Shown here: positions 48,193 through 57,831 of the stretch, piece by piece
How the letters are laid out: each line of letters starts with the position of its first letter
Position numbering within the stretch: position 1 is the stretch's first letter
IMG/VR virus record: IMGVR_UViG_3300001450_000027
Location: 1 to 64,000 of that record
From: an uncultured virus (IMG/VR IMGVR_UViG_3300001450_000027)
Taxonomy: Duplodnaviria; Heunggongvirae; Uroviricota; Caudoviricetes
Direction: 5' to 3' (one strand)
DNA: 64,000 nt
Translations under genes and position numbers: made by a program
Notes under the pieces: model-generated
Databases searched by the model: none
Told to the model about the DNA's origin: nothing
What the model saw: only the letters and a program-made list of their open reading frames with translations

Positions 48193-48513
48193 TCACTCCG
48201 GCTCAAATGCAGCAAGTAGGGGGTGTTCATGTGCTTTAGCAAGAGAAACAACTTGGTGGGTCTTGGTCTCTGCTATTTCCCTAGAATATATTCCAGCTAT
48301 TCCGCGTTGTTTGTTGTGAACATGAGCAGTTATTGCTTTCGCAGTTGCAGCGTCTTTATGAAAGATCTCAATTAATAGCGCTGTTACAAACTCCATTGGG
48401 GTGTAATCATCATTATAAAGAACAACTTTATATTTTTTTGGTGGCTCAACTTTGCTTTTTTGTTTGTCCATGAGACCAACGTCACCTTTTTTATCTAATC
48501 CTTTTTTCGGCAT
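48193..48513 (-). CDS. clpS: ATP-dependent Clp protease adaptor ClpS
   Basis: PPKKYKVVLYNDDYTPMEFV...F.....A......VH..G.AG.Y..EIAETK...HPL. Confidence 0.92.
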   Translation of the reverse strand: MPKKGLDKKGDVGLMDKQKSKVEPPKKYKVVLYNDDYTPMEFVTALLIEIFHKDAATAKAITAHVHNKQRGIAGIYSREIAETKTHQVVSLAKAHEHPLLAAFEPE

Positions 48514-48527
48514 ACTGCCCTCCCGTT

Positions 48528-48704
48528 TTATTGACTGTTTAACACTTCCAGATTTCCTATATCAACCGCTTCCACTATATCATATCGAGTCCAGTGTACC
48601 ATAACATAATTTTCATTTAATGTTATAACAACAACCCCATGTCCATATAATACTTCAGGGGCCTTATGGGGGTTAACATCTAACACAAGATCACCTATTT
48701 TCAA
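48528..48704 (-). CDS. Small SH3/KOW-like protein, same family as 44296-44804
   Basis: (M)KIGDLV....G.GVV....VMVHW.....LEVLN; TTG start inferred. Confidence 0.6.
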   Translation of the reverse strand: MKIGDLVLDVNPHKAPEVLYGHGVVVITLNENYVMVHWTRYDIVEAVDIGNLEVLNSQ

Positions 48705-48716
48705 TGGACATTCTTT

Positions 48717-48745
48717 AATATAATACATTCTAATTTCTTTGTCAA
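48717..48745 (-). promoter_or_regulatory. sigma70-type promoter
   Basis: TTGACA-N17-TATATT. Confidence 0.7.
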
Positions 48746-48746
48746 A

Positions 48747-48887
48747 TTATTTTTGTAAATAAGCTGCCAAGCAAAGACCTGCTGAAATCGAAGATAACGC
48801 TAATGCACCATACCCCAATTCAATTGATACACCTACCATAAACAACAATATGTTCAAGCAAAAACATAAAAAATAAATCGCTTTCAA
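48747..48887 (-). CDS. 46-aa two-TM membrane peptide
   Basis: TTG start with AGGAG SD; MKAIYFLCFCLNILLFMVGVSIELGYGALALSSISAGLCLAAYLQK. Confidence 0.55.
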   Translation of the reverse strand: MKAIYFLCFCLNILLFMVGVSIELGYGALALSSISAGLCLAAYLQK

Positions 48888-48895
48888 AACAACTC

Positions 48896-49420
48896 CTATT
48901 TTTCAATAAGTAGTCCCGCTCTTGCAATTATGATTGAATCTGCTTTATCATCAGTTCCCGGCTTGGGGTTTCCATATCTTGTGTACTCAACAATAAAATC
49001 TTTTGGATACTCTTTTTGAACCCACTCAATAGCCTTAAGTTTTGTTTTTTCTCCACGTTTTATCTTGAGGCCTACAAGGCCTCTAGCTTTATTCGCAGCG
49101 ATTGAAACAGCACAAATGCCATACAAGTTGCGAACCATCCAACATACCATACCATTGAATCTCTGCAATTTCGCCATTGTCATAGCAGTTGTCTTTCCAC
49201 CAGAGAACATAATAAATGGGGCCTCAATAAATATTTCTTCTATATGATATTTATTATAATTAACTTGCAAGTATCTTTCTATCTGATAACATCTATCTTC
49301 TAATTTATCTTTAGAGTTTAGCTTAATTACTTGACAATCAATCAAACTTGTGTTAGAATCTAAAATAGTTATACCAACCCTACTTGTGCTAACATCTAAA
49401 CCTAAAATAACTTGTTTCAT
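48896..49420 (-). CDS. RuvC-like Holliday junction resolvase
   Basis: ILGLDVST..G, IFIE, L.RFNG, DKADS...A. Confidence 0.85.
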   Translation of the reverse strand: MKQVILGLDVSTSRVGITILDSNTSLIDCQVIKLNSKDKLEDRCYQIERYLQVNYNKYHIEEIFIEAPFIMFSGGKTTAMTMAKLQRFNGMVCWMVRNLYGICAVSIAANKARGLVGLKIKRGEKTKLKAIEWVQKEYPKDFIVEYTRYGNPKPGTDDKADSIIIARAGLLIEK

Positions 49421-49428
49421 AATATAAT

Positions 49429-49457
49429 ATTATAACATATAATATATTAAATGTCAA
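49429..49457 (-). promoter_or_regulatory. Consensus sigma70 promoter
   Basis: TTGACA-N17-TATAAT with TG extension; ATG 8 nt downstream of the -10. Confidence 0.8.
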
Positions 49458-50607
49458 GTTTTATTTTAAAAGTATAATCATGATCTTCTTGTTTTCTTAC
49501 TGGGGTTGCCATCTTGGCGATCCCAATCAAATTCTTGTCTTTATCATAAATTCCAATTTTACTGATATACACTGTCTTTTTAAACTTCGGGACTTCATCA
49601 GCAAACTGTGTGTTTACAATATTTTTAATCTTCGGAGGAGTCTCCATATATAAGAAAGACCCAGTCGCTATTTGGAAGGCGTCAGACGAGGTTATATAAG
49701 TCGGATTATTGGAGTAATTTAATTCACCGTATTTCGCATGGGCTAACATCGTCATTGTCTGTATGTGGGTGGTACCAGAATATTCCATTAAAAAACTTGA
49801 TGATAGGGATGTTAGGCTTGGGGTCGTGTTACCATCATTTGCACCGTAACCAAAATAAATCCACTTAGAAGTGTCAGATGCGTCATAAACCAGTGTTTCA
49901 GTATTTAGTGACCATGACCCGGTCAGTGCCACAAACCCTTCGTTATATAAAACCACTCCTGCTACAGAGCCGGAACCTGTTGAGCCTACAGGTCCTATCT
50001 GGATTAACTCGCCATTTTGATTTTCATCTTGCAATTCGCCAATTAAAGTACCAGTCATATAATATCTTAATCTGACCGACCCTTTCTTTATTGAAGATCC
50101 AAACAAAATAGATGGAATAGCAATTAAATTGGCTGCTTGTGTGGCCTTGTCCCCAAAGGATGAAGAGTATTGGTAAAATGGGCTCAGATAAGCGTAGTGG
50201 TTAAACGTGTTTTTCAGGGGCTTTAAGTATGTCCTACTTGCCTCCGCAACAGTTGTTGGATAATATATTCTTGTTATACTAGCTGACATGTTATATGAGG
50301 AAGTTATCGTGTTGCCATGTAAATTGCGAGCTTGATAATTTATTCTCGTTTCTTTCTTGAAGGTATTCCGGACCCCGTCTTTAAAAACAAACGGATAAAT
50401 CTTACCTGTTGTGCTCCTGTCTATGTTATACTCATACAGCGACACAAATCCCTTTGGTACACCAATTATATTATCAGAGTACGCACCAGAAAGTGTTGGC
50501 GTATCATCAATATAGACTGAGGAACTTTGTATATAAAATTTATACTCAGGATATGCTTCAACCGTATTGTTAAACAAATCGTCTTCATGAAATTTGAAGA
50601 AAGACAT
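49447..50607 (-). CDS. Virion structural protein (baseplate/collar-type)
   Basis: IKKGS, NYSNNPTY, YISKIGIYD...LIGIAK...P..K; paralog of the next ORF. Confidence 0.6.
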   Translation of the reverse strand: MSFFKFHEDDLFNNTVEAYPEYKFYIQSSSVYIDDTPTLSGAYSDNIIGVPKGFVSLYEYNIDRSTTGKIYPFVFKDGVRNTFKKETRINYQARNLHGNTITSSYNMSASITRIYYPTTVAEASRTYLKPLKNTFNHYAYLSPFYQYSSSFGDKATQAANLIAIPSILFGSSIKKGSVRLRYYMTGTLIGELQDENQNGELIQIGPVGSTGSGSVAGVVLYNEGFVALTGSWSLNTETLVYDASDTSKWIYFGYGANDGNTTPSLTSLSSSFLMEYSGTTHIQTMTMLAHAKYGELNYSNNPTYITSSDAFQIATGSFLYMETPPKIKNIVNTQFADEVPKFKKTVYISKIGIYDKDKNLIGIAKMATPVRKQEDHDYTFKIKLDI

Positions 50608-50609
50608 TT

Positions 50610-51719
50610 TTAGTAATCCAATCTAACCCTAATCGTAAATTCATTATCTGGGGTCTTCTTGAGCGGTTCACTCAACTTAGAAACTGCCATCAATTCGTTG
50701 TTGTCATTATAAAGACCAACAGTTGTAATATATGAAACAGGCAAGTCTGTTGTTTTGGTTTTGACTCGAAGCTTAGATCCAGAAAGATAAGTCGGATTAG
50801 AAGAATAATTATACTCATTGTGATTTACACGACAGAAATAAACTGTCGAATTTAATTCTACTGTATTGTTGAATTGTACATTATAAATTCTACTTCTAAT
50901 TGCATTTGCCGAAGCAGAAATTTCAGAACCAGTAACAAAATTAAGTCCAGTTACTCCTGACGTTTTGCCAAGGGCGCTGGTGGCTGTAGCATTGTTGAGA
51001 ATACCACCGTCAGCAGCATCTGTGAAAACAGATCCAGAAATAAATGCTATACCAGCTTGATAGAATAATAATCCAACAGCATATGATTGATTTGCTGCTA
51101 GCGTGTCAGTATTCAAAACAGAGGCAGTAGCATAGAGAATTCCGTACTCGCCAACTGGTGAATTTACCAAATAGCCGTCTGACCCGCTAGAGTCTGTTAT
51201 TTTTACTCTCTCCGCATGGAGTGTTCCCGCTTCTGCAAACGCTGAAATAACTCCGAGTTCCATCTCAAACGAACCTTTCTTAATCTCGTCTTTAACCAAA
51301 AGTCTAGAAAAGTTCATGAAGAACCCATCATCAATTTTTGTGCCACCGGCAAGAAGATCACCGTCGGCGTCAAAACGAAGAATAGAGCCAGTAGCATCGT
51401 ATCCCATAAGGACTTGAGCCATTTGATTGTAGATATTCTTCTTCTTTGATTTTTGACTGGTAACTGAACCATATAACGCTGAGTTCGCCCCGACGCCAAT
51501 CGTTATATCGAATATGTGATTAGCAGAAGAACTTAAGTATGGATAGTCATATACAGACTGAAACATACCGTGACTATAGTCTTTGATATTATGTTCGGTG
51601 GTTCCTGCGTTGTAAGTTCCACTCACGATTGTACCCGTTAAAGGGATTGCTTCGTGAAGCAATGTTCTAGTATTGACGATATCTCCACTAGAATTTAAAT
51701 TTTTATAAAAATTAGCCAT
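50610..51719 (-). CDS. Virion structural protein (baseplate/collar-type)
   Basis: IKKGS, YFCR....NYSSNPTY, YITTVGLYNDNNELMAVSKLSEPLKK, VRLDY. Confidence 0.6.
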   Translation of the reverse strand: MANFYKNLNSSGDIVNTRTLLHEAIPLTGTIVSGTYNAGTTEHNIKDYSHGMFQSVYDYPYLSSSANHIFDITIGVGANSALYGSVTSQKSKKKNIYNQMAQVLMGYDATGSILRFDADGDLLAGGTKIDDGFFMNFSRLLVKDEIKKGSFEMELGVISAFAEAGTLHAERVKITDSSGSDGYLVNSPVGEYGILYATASVLNTDTLAANQSYAVGLLFYQAGIAFISGSVFTDAADGGILNNATATSALGKTSGVTGLNFVTGSEISASANAIRSRIYNVQFNNTVELNSTVYFCRVNHNEYNYSSNPTYLSGSKLRVKTKTTDLPVSYITTVGLYNDNNELMAVSKLSEPLKKTPDNEFTIRVRLDY

Positions 51720-51736
51720 ATTTTGTCTCTCTTTTG

Positions 51737-52684
51737 TTAGCTAGTAACTGTTTTAATAAACCTGATAGGTACATCAATTGAATAACCTGTTGACATGCCC
51801 GTAACTCTGACAGTGGAATCAATGTATCTTACACTTTGAGTTCCCGCTGTGCCGTCTTTTCGAACCATGGTGGTTGTTCCACCAAGCTGGTTAAATAAAT
51901 AGGTACTCGTTTGCAATTGAAGTGATGCTTCAATTTTAAATTCAAGCATCGATCCACGAGGACCAGAAATAGTTTGGGTTGTAGAATTAGAGTCATCGGT
52001 GTTATCTAATACAATCCCGTCTGATGCGTCTACCGTATAATAAGCGATATTGTCATCATCAATATAATCTTCAGAAACCCTGTCGCCGCCAGACGTTACG
52101 ATTCGTCCAAGACGATTATCAATTTGCATAATATACGATGCCTCAATCATGTCCCGAATCGAACTTCTTTGTTTAGGAGAGACCTCAGTAGTATCAAGGC
52201 CTTGATCTATCCTTATATAATTTGTGCCTTCTAGACTTTGGCCAAACATTATCCCTTGGACTGCGTCAGTCCCGATATAGCCAACAGCCGCACCAGTTTG
52301 GGCAGCATCTGTTCCTTCTGTTTCTCGATCAACCGCAACCATATGAGATCCTGAACCGTGTTGTTTCGTGTTTGTTAAATTTGTGTTTAGCTTGAGAACT
52401 GGCATGTATAACAGGTTGTTGTTACCCATCGTAACAAGTTTTGACTTCATTGATGAAGCATTATTTGTGAATGCCTCAAGAACCGGAACTTGTAAAATTT
52501 CCAAATCATAGTAAGCCGAGCCGCTAGCGTGGGAAGAATTATATAGAGAATAGTCGATTTCTTCATCCCCAAGAGCAAACTTGGTTATTTGGAAAGACCC
52601 ATCTCCCTTTGCCAAAACCATCCTTCCGTGGTCTGTTAATACTGCATCGAGGATTATATCCCCACTATTGTCTAAAAATGCCAT
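51737..52684 (-). CDS. Virion structural protein
   Basis: DAVLT..GR..LA.G..QITKFALGD.EIDY.LY; N-terminus related to 57824-58795. Confidence 0.6.
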   Translation of the reverse strand: MAFLDNSGDIILDAVLTDHGRMVLAKGDGSFQITKFALGDEEIDYSLYNSSHASGSAYYDLEILQVPVLEAFTNNASSMKSKLVTMGNNNLLYMPVLKLNTNLTNTKQHGSGSHMVAVDRETEGTDAAQTGAAVGYIGTDAVQGIMFGQSLEGTNYIRIDQGLDTTEVSPKQRSSIRDMIEASYIMQIDNRLGRIVTSGGDRVSEDYIDDDNIAYYTVDASDGIVLDNTDDSNSTTQTISGPRGSMLEFKIEASLQLQTSTYLFNQLGGTTTMVRKDGTAGTQSVRYIDSTVRVTGMSTGYSIDVPIRFIKTVTS

Positions 52685-52723
52685 TTTTTTCTCCTAAAAA
52701 GGTTTTCTTCTATAATTAGAACA

Positions 52724-54703
52724 CTATTTCAAATTTTCTTCTGATTCTCTTTTTACAATGTCAAAAATTATATTAAAATCTATTTTACGACCAGTATTCG
52801 TGGAAGTAATCCTAAATTTAAATTTTCTACCCCAAACTGGTTCCGCTGCATATCCTAAACCAAATTTTGGTAGTAATTTTTTATATGTTTCACCGCTGTA
52901 CTCGGGAGGGTATACTATTTGCGACTGGGCGAACGCGGGAAGGACATGAAGAAATTGCCCGAACTTTACATCAGGCTGGAACCGTAAATCTATTTCGTTA
53001 TTAACTTTAATTATATTAACAATTATTTTAGAATCATCTGAATCCTTTAATAACTCAACTTCGTATATAGGAGACGGATTTGAGGGTAAACCAAAATCGT
53101 TTATAGTTCTAAAAAAATAATAATATTTTCTGTTTGCTCTTATCTTTTCGTCTATTACAACATACGGCATGCCTACCGCATTCTCAGCTATGAAAGAAGT
53201 GTCATGCCTATTATAATTTGTAATTTTACTAAATGATTTGAATATTTCAAATTTTCCGGGATGTTCAGAATATTCAAACTCTATGTCTTCATCTTCGTTA
53301 ATACCCGGAATGAAATTCATTATTTGACTATCTTTCTCGTGCACTGATACGAATTTAGAAGCTTGCTCACCTCTTTGTAGATCCAATAATATTTTTATTT
53401 TACTTTTCGAATTTGATTTATTAATAAATTTTACATACGGAGGTATTGGGGGTTTCTTAGTAACAAACACTGACTTTCGAAAAAGTGGAAGCTCTAGAAT
53501 TTTCATAGATGGCTTGATTACAACATCAATTTCAAATCTCACTTCTTCCTCTGATTCTCTTTTATCCGCTAATCTATAAGAATATTCCGAGCCTTTTACT
53601 AAGGCGTAGCCCATAACAATATAAGTATATTGCTCCATAGGCTTGATTTGGGTATCTGCTAAAATAACATCACCAGTGGTATCCGCCACTATATAAGTTT
53701 GAACAGGAGATACATTTGTATTATCACCTGCGTATTTTTCAATTTTAAAAAATAACCACTCGTATTCCGCTAGCTCTTCATCATATATTTCTCCAAGGTT
53801 TCTGGTAGCGAGTAGCGCCGCTGATTTTATATTAAGGTTTGCGGCCCATCTTGCTGATTCTTCTTCCATTGTAGATTTTTCTTCGTAGGGTGGCATAACA
53901 AGCATTTGGTCGTTCGAGAAAGAGGAGTTACCTTGGCCTATAAGATTAAATAGGTCGACCGAGTGGGCCTCTCTTTCAACTCCTCCTATTTCAAATGTAG
54001 TTCCTGATTTGGGATATTCTATGTAATCATTTACTATTTTGTCGTAAAGGTCGATTCTTGGGTCCTTCAGTATGCTCAAAATTGTTTGTTCTTTTACAGC
54101 AGAAAAAATAATTTTGTTGTGGTAAGGAAACTCAGATAATGATGAGTTACCGATCCCAAAGCTATATTCCGAACCGAAGAAGACTCTAGAGCGCTTTTGC
54201 ACAATAGCCCCGTCAGAGCCGACGTAGTGAGACTCAAGGTCTGTATTGAAGTTCTTTATCTTTTTAGAATTGATGCTAGTTGAGAATGGGGTAAAATTAT
54301 CAACTTCTTTCATGTTCTGCGAGCTAACAGTAGATAAATAAACCGTTGGTATCATCCTGTGGTCTTTATCTGCAATGAACGTATCGTATTCAATAGAACT
54401 GTAGAGGTAGTCATTATTAATTTTAAAAAAATTAGTTTGCTTATGAAGCTCCATACCACTCAAGAAAGAAATATCAGTAGGCATGTCAAACGTAGCATTA
54501 TGGTTATAATATGTAGGCCCGAAAGCCATAATACTTGTTATGTCGAAACCTTTTACTGTTGTTGCTACGATTCTTTGTACAACTGTGTTTTCTTCAAAGT
54601 CATATTTTTCTTCTTGAAAGCTAAGTTCACGAATTGCATCGCCTCCGCCATTTAACATCAACTCATCTATTCCCATATCTGCTATTCTTAGTTTGGTAGA
54701 CAT
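52724..54703 (-). CDS. Large hypothetical protein, probably virion (Fn3-like D..I.....Y.Y motifs)
   Basis: DTQIKPMEQYTY, DEKIRANRKYYYFFR, KFRITS..TGRKID. Confidence 0.5.
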   Translation of the reverse strand: MSTKLRIADMGIDELMLNGGGDAIRELSFQEEKYDFEENTVVQRIVATTVKGFDITSIMAFGPTYYNHNATFDMPTDISFLSGMELHKQTNFFKINNDYLYSSIEYDTFIADKDHRMIPTVYLSTVSSQNMKEVDNFTPFSTSINSKKIKNFNTDLESHYVGSDGAIVQKRSRVFFGSEYSFGIGNSSLSEFPYHNKIIFSAVKEQTILSILKDPRIDLYDKIVNDYIEYPKSGTTFEIGGVEREAHSVDLFNLIGQGNSSFSNDQMLVMPPYEEKSTMEEESARWAANLNIKSAALLATRNLGEIYDEELAEYEWLFFKIEKYAGDNTNVSPVQTYIVADTTGDVILADTQIKPMEQYTYIVMGYALVKGSEYSYRLADKRESEEEVRFEIDVVIKPSMKILELPLFRKSVFVTKKPPIPPYVKFINKSNSKSKIKILLDLQRGEQASKFVSVHEKDSQIMNFIPGINEDEDIEFEYSEHPGKFEIFKSFSKITNYNRHDTSFIAENAVGMPYVVIDEKIRANRKYYYFFRTINDFGLPSNPSPIYEVELLKDSDDSKIIVNIIKVNNEIDLRFQPDVKFGQFLHVLPAFAQSQIVYPPEYSGETYKKLLPKFGLGYAAEPVWGRKFKFRITSTNTGRKIDFNIIFDIVKRESEENLK

Positions 54704-57700
54704 TAGTACGAACCTCCTGTTGTAGCTGTCGTCGTGCCACTAGTTAAAGTGGGAGTTGCTGTGGTTGTTGTGGTTGTTGAAGTGGGTATAGCTGTGGAAA
54801 TTGTTGTAGCCTGTGGCCGGCCTGAAACAAAGTTGTTGATTTGGGTTACTATATTACTAGTCGCCTGTGACATGTTGAAATCAATACTGTTAGAATATTC
54901 ACTGATAACTAAGTCAGAATCAAGATCATCACTTTGGCCATCTGCCAAAGAGGGATCGTATAAATCACCTCTGGAAATAAAAAAGTATTTATTTGTAAAT
55001 GCTAGATTGGTCCTGTCGTCTGTTCCAATTCCGAGTTCTTTGTCTACGTGATAAACCATCTTACAGAAATAATAGCCTGTCATATCGAGTAAACTATCTG
55101 GGTCCAACATATCCCAAATGGGCTTGTTTAATAGCATTTCTCCCGTTTCTTTTATAGCTTCATAACCTACCAGAACCTCGACCTTAACGATAGTAAAATA
55201 CGAAACCTTGCTAAGCAATTCAGTGTCTTTAGCTACTAATCTATCTTTCCGCTTGAACAGGTTAATTTTTGATGATTTACCTTTTGATAAAAACAGGGCC
55301 TTCATATGGTTTGGCAAGTTTGCAACTCTTGACGAAAATGCTTCAGGGGTTGAATTGTTCTTAATCTTATTTAAAATATTTTGTTTGTTATCAATATCAA
55401 AAGTATTTTTTGACACCACCCTGCTTGGTGGGGCTATCGAAAGTTGGCTACTTATCGCAGACATACTTTGCTCCGGAATAGGCTCCAATTTAAAAACAAG
55501 GTCCTTGTCATACACGACGAAAGAAGAATCATTACCTAGATATTCTTCCGAATTAATAGTTATTTCTTCTTCTGCGGTGTCCTCGAAGTTCATAGGGATA
55601 GGGCTAAGTATAGAAAACTTAGGAGACAAATTTAAATTTGAAAATTTTCTTTTTCTTGTCCTTGACTTTCTTGTTTTTTTTCTTCTTGTCGGCCTCTCTG
55701 GTGGAATCCTCTGAACATTATCAAATAATTTATTAAATTTGTTTACATCAATAGATTCTGGTTCTTTTAGGTCAAACCGGACTCCTTTATCCCGAACGGA
55801 CATTGGGCTTATATAGCCGTAAGAAAAACCAGTAGTTTGTACAAGACCAGATAATGTGTCAGGATCAACAGGCTCTTGGGAACTATAGATTGCAGGGCCG
55901 TCTGTAAACAGCTTGCTTCTTTCTTGGGACAGTCTATTTAAAAATTCCTCGGGTTGTATCTTCGGCACACCCGAGGTGTAATTTGGTTCTATAAAGTTGT
56001 AGCGCTTCCTATTTTCAAAAGGCAAGAATATTTTTTCGAATCTGTGGCTGATTTTAACCAAAGTTGATCTTGGAGTGTTCTTAGGAAAAACCTTAAGACT
56101 GTTTTCTTTTATTTGGCTTGGTGAAAAAGAAAAATAATTTATCATTTTGTGAATCATTCTATCCATCTCTTCCAAAAAAGAGCTAGCACTTTTAGTTGTT
56201 GCAAACCTAGGGTTTAATTTTGAAGTATTGCTTTGTAGAATAGTCGACAAGTCAGCCTGTCCCATGTTGTACATGTAAGAATACATTTTAGCCAGCACCA
56301 AGGGTCCCTGAACCCATGGGGCAGATGAGTAATTTTCTTGATATTCGAAATCTTGATTATCAAAAAAGTTGTCTCTTGTTTGGTCCATGTCATAGTTGTA
56401 ATTTTTCTTAGAAGACAACATATCACAATAATCCGTGACCCTCTTGAACGTTTCTAAAATGTTATCAAAAAGACTTTGTACAAATGGTATTGTTGGGTCT
56501 TTAAACGATAACTCTACCTCATACATATATTCGCCTACCCTGTTATCGTTAATGAGAAAATCTTCAAATTCAAAAAATCTTATATTATTTTCGCCTAGAA
56601 ACATCTCCTTGATGCTTCCATCAATATTATAATCTTGTAAATTGTTTCTATAAAATTGACCTGACAATGGCTCCTCTCCGGCAGTTAAAATTGGCAACTC
56701 TTCTATAACCATATCATAATAAAAATCTTTGTTTTTCGATAATCTAGTTAATGGCTTTATAAGTTTGTTTTCGTCATAAGAGGTTATAATATATTCTTTG
56801 CTAACTGAATCTCGATAAGTCTCTATCGGACTTCCGATCTTGTTAGTTCCATAGGCTAATTTAATCCTGTCTCTTATTATCGTAAGGTTGTTTATTTTAA
56901 AATTAGACATAATAGAGTTTAATACAACGGGGTTTAGTCCTTCTAGTGTTCTACCAAATTTAGTTTTCCTTAACAACATGTCCCTGACGTTGATTCCAAA
57001 CAATGCAGAAATATTACCGGAATATGTGACCGTATCGTATAACTCAGTAAAAGGAGTATAATTGTTGTCTTTTTTAATTTGGCTTTCTCTGTTGTAACTG
57101 TCGGGTTTCATTTCTCTATAATCTTTTATTTTATAGTTAAAAACCTCTAATGTTGTAAGTTTAGAGTGAGGCACATTCTTGTGGTAAGATCCTGCCATAT
57201 ATCCCCCTTCGTGCATATGAACTGGTCCTATATATTGGGTACCGTTAGAGTTTAAGAATACCGTTGTCGTTCTGTTTATGTTTGATTTCTGAAATACGGT
57301 CTCTGATGATACGGGGCCGTAATACGACATTTCCGGGATAATTTTTATAGAACCACCAGTCGCGGATGCTTTTGCCTCATCTAGGTAAACAGCGCTGAAA
57401 ATTTTCAATTCTGATTTTAACAAATTGTGTTTGAAATCGAAAGTGAAATTGAAATACTTATAACCATCATCGATAGATGTCTCCACCTTCGAATTAAATG
57501 TTTTGTTAATTATTGTTGGGAAGACAAAATCTATAATGTTGCTTTGCAAACTGTTTGCCCTTTCGCGGATTGCTCTTTCAGAAAAATCTATATTTCCATC
57601 TGTTATCAAATCTCCGATTTCTTCTTCACTACTTGCTACAAATAGAATAGACATTGCGGTTGTAAGTCGGTCGTTATCAGACCACAGTTTTTTAACCCCT

Positions 57701-57831
57701 AAAGAAGAGGTATCAACAATGCAGACATGGGCCCTAAGAGATGCATTGTCGTCATTGTGTCCTTCGAGGATTTCTATGCCCTTTATATAAACATTGGGCA
57801 ATAACTCGTTACCAACTAAAAAATCACTCAT
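54703..57831 (-). CDS. Large hypothetical protein (1042 aa), probably virion
   Basis: LPNVYI, Y.GPVH.H..GYMAG, Thr-rich C-terminal tail; coupled operon. Confidence 0.5.
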   Translation of the reverse strand: MSDFLVGNELLPNVYIKGIEILEGHNDDNASLRAHVCIVDTSSLGVKKLWSDNDRLTTAMSILFVASSEEEIGDLITDGNIDFSERAIRERANSLQSNIIDFVFPTIINKTFNSKVETSIDDGYKYFNFTFDFKHNLLKSELKIFSAVYLDEAKASATGGSIKIIPEMSYYGPVSSETVFQKSNINRTTTVFLNSNGTQYIGPVHMHEGGYMAGSYHKNVPHSKLTTLEVFNYKIKDYREMKPDSYNRESQIKKDNNYTPFTELYDTVTYSGNISALFGINVRDMLLRKTKFGRTLEGLNPVVLNSIMSNFKINNLTIIRDRIKLAYGTNKIGSPIETYRDSVSKEYIITSYDENKLIKPLTRLSKNKDFYYDMVIEELPILTAGEEPLSGQFYRNNLQDYNIDGSIKEMFLGENNIRFFEFEDFLINDNRVGEYMYEVELSFKDPTIPFVQSLFDNILETFKRVTDYCDMLSSKKNYNYDMDQTRDNFFDNQDFEYQENYSSAPWVQGPLVLAKMYSYMYNMGQADLSTILQSNTSKLNPRFATTKSASSFLEEMDRMIHKMINYFSFSPSQIKENSLKVFPKNTPRSTLVKISHRFEKIFLPFENRKRYNFIEPNYTSGVPKIQPEEFLNRLSQERSKLFTDGPAIYSSQEPVDPDTLSGLVQTTGFSYGYISPMSVRDKGVRFDLKEPESIDVNKFNKLFDNVQRIPPERPTRRKKTRKSRTRKRKFSNLNLSPKFSILSPIPMNFEDTAEEEITINSEEYLGNDSSFVVYDKDLVFKLEPIPEQSMSAISSQLSIAPPSRVVSKNTFDIDNKQNILNKIKNNSTPEAFSSRVANLPNHMKALFLSKGKSSKINLFKRKDRLVAKDTELLSKVSYFTIVKVEVLVGYEAIKETGEMLLNKPIWDMLDPDSLLDMTGYYFCKMVYHVDKELGIGTDDRTNLAFTNKYFFISRGDLYDPSLADGQSDDLDSDLVISEYSNSIDFNMSQATSNIVTQINNFVSGRPQATTISTAIPTSTTTTTTATPTLTSGTTTATTGGSY

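Larger units (their letters stand above)
1202..52720 (-). promoter_or_regulatory. Dispersed putative late-promoter motif WCTAHTTA (about 14 intergenic copies)
   Basis: Plus-strand TAAATAGT/TAATTAGT-like copies at 1202, 3371, 6743, 9383, 9870, 10878, 14038, 17029, 18550, 22138, 28435, 31142, 48186 and 52713; mostly 20-50 nt upstream of minus-strand starts, often just after terminators. Confidence 0.7.
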
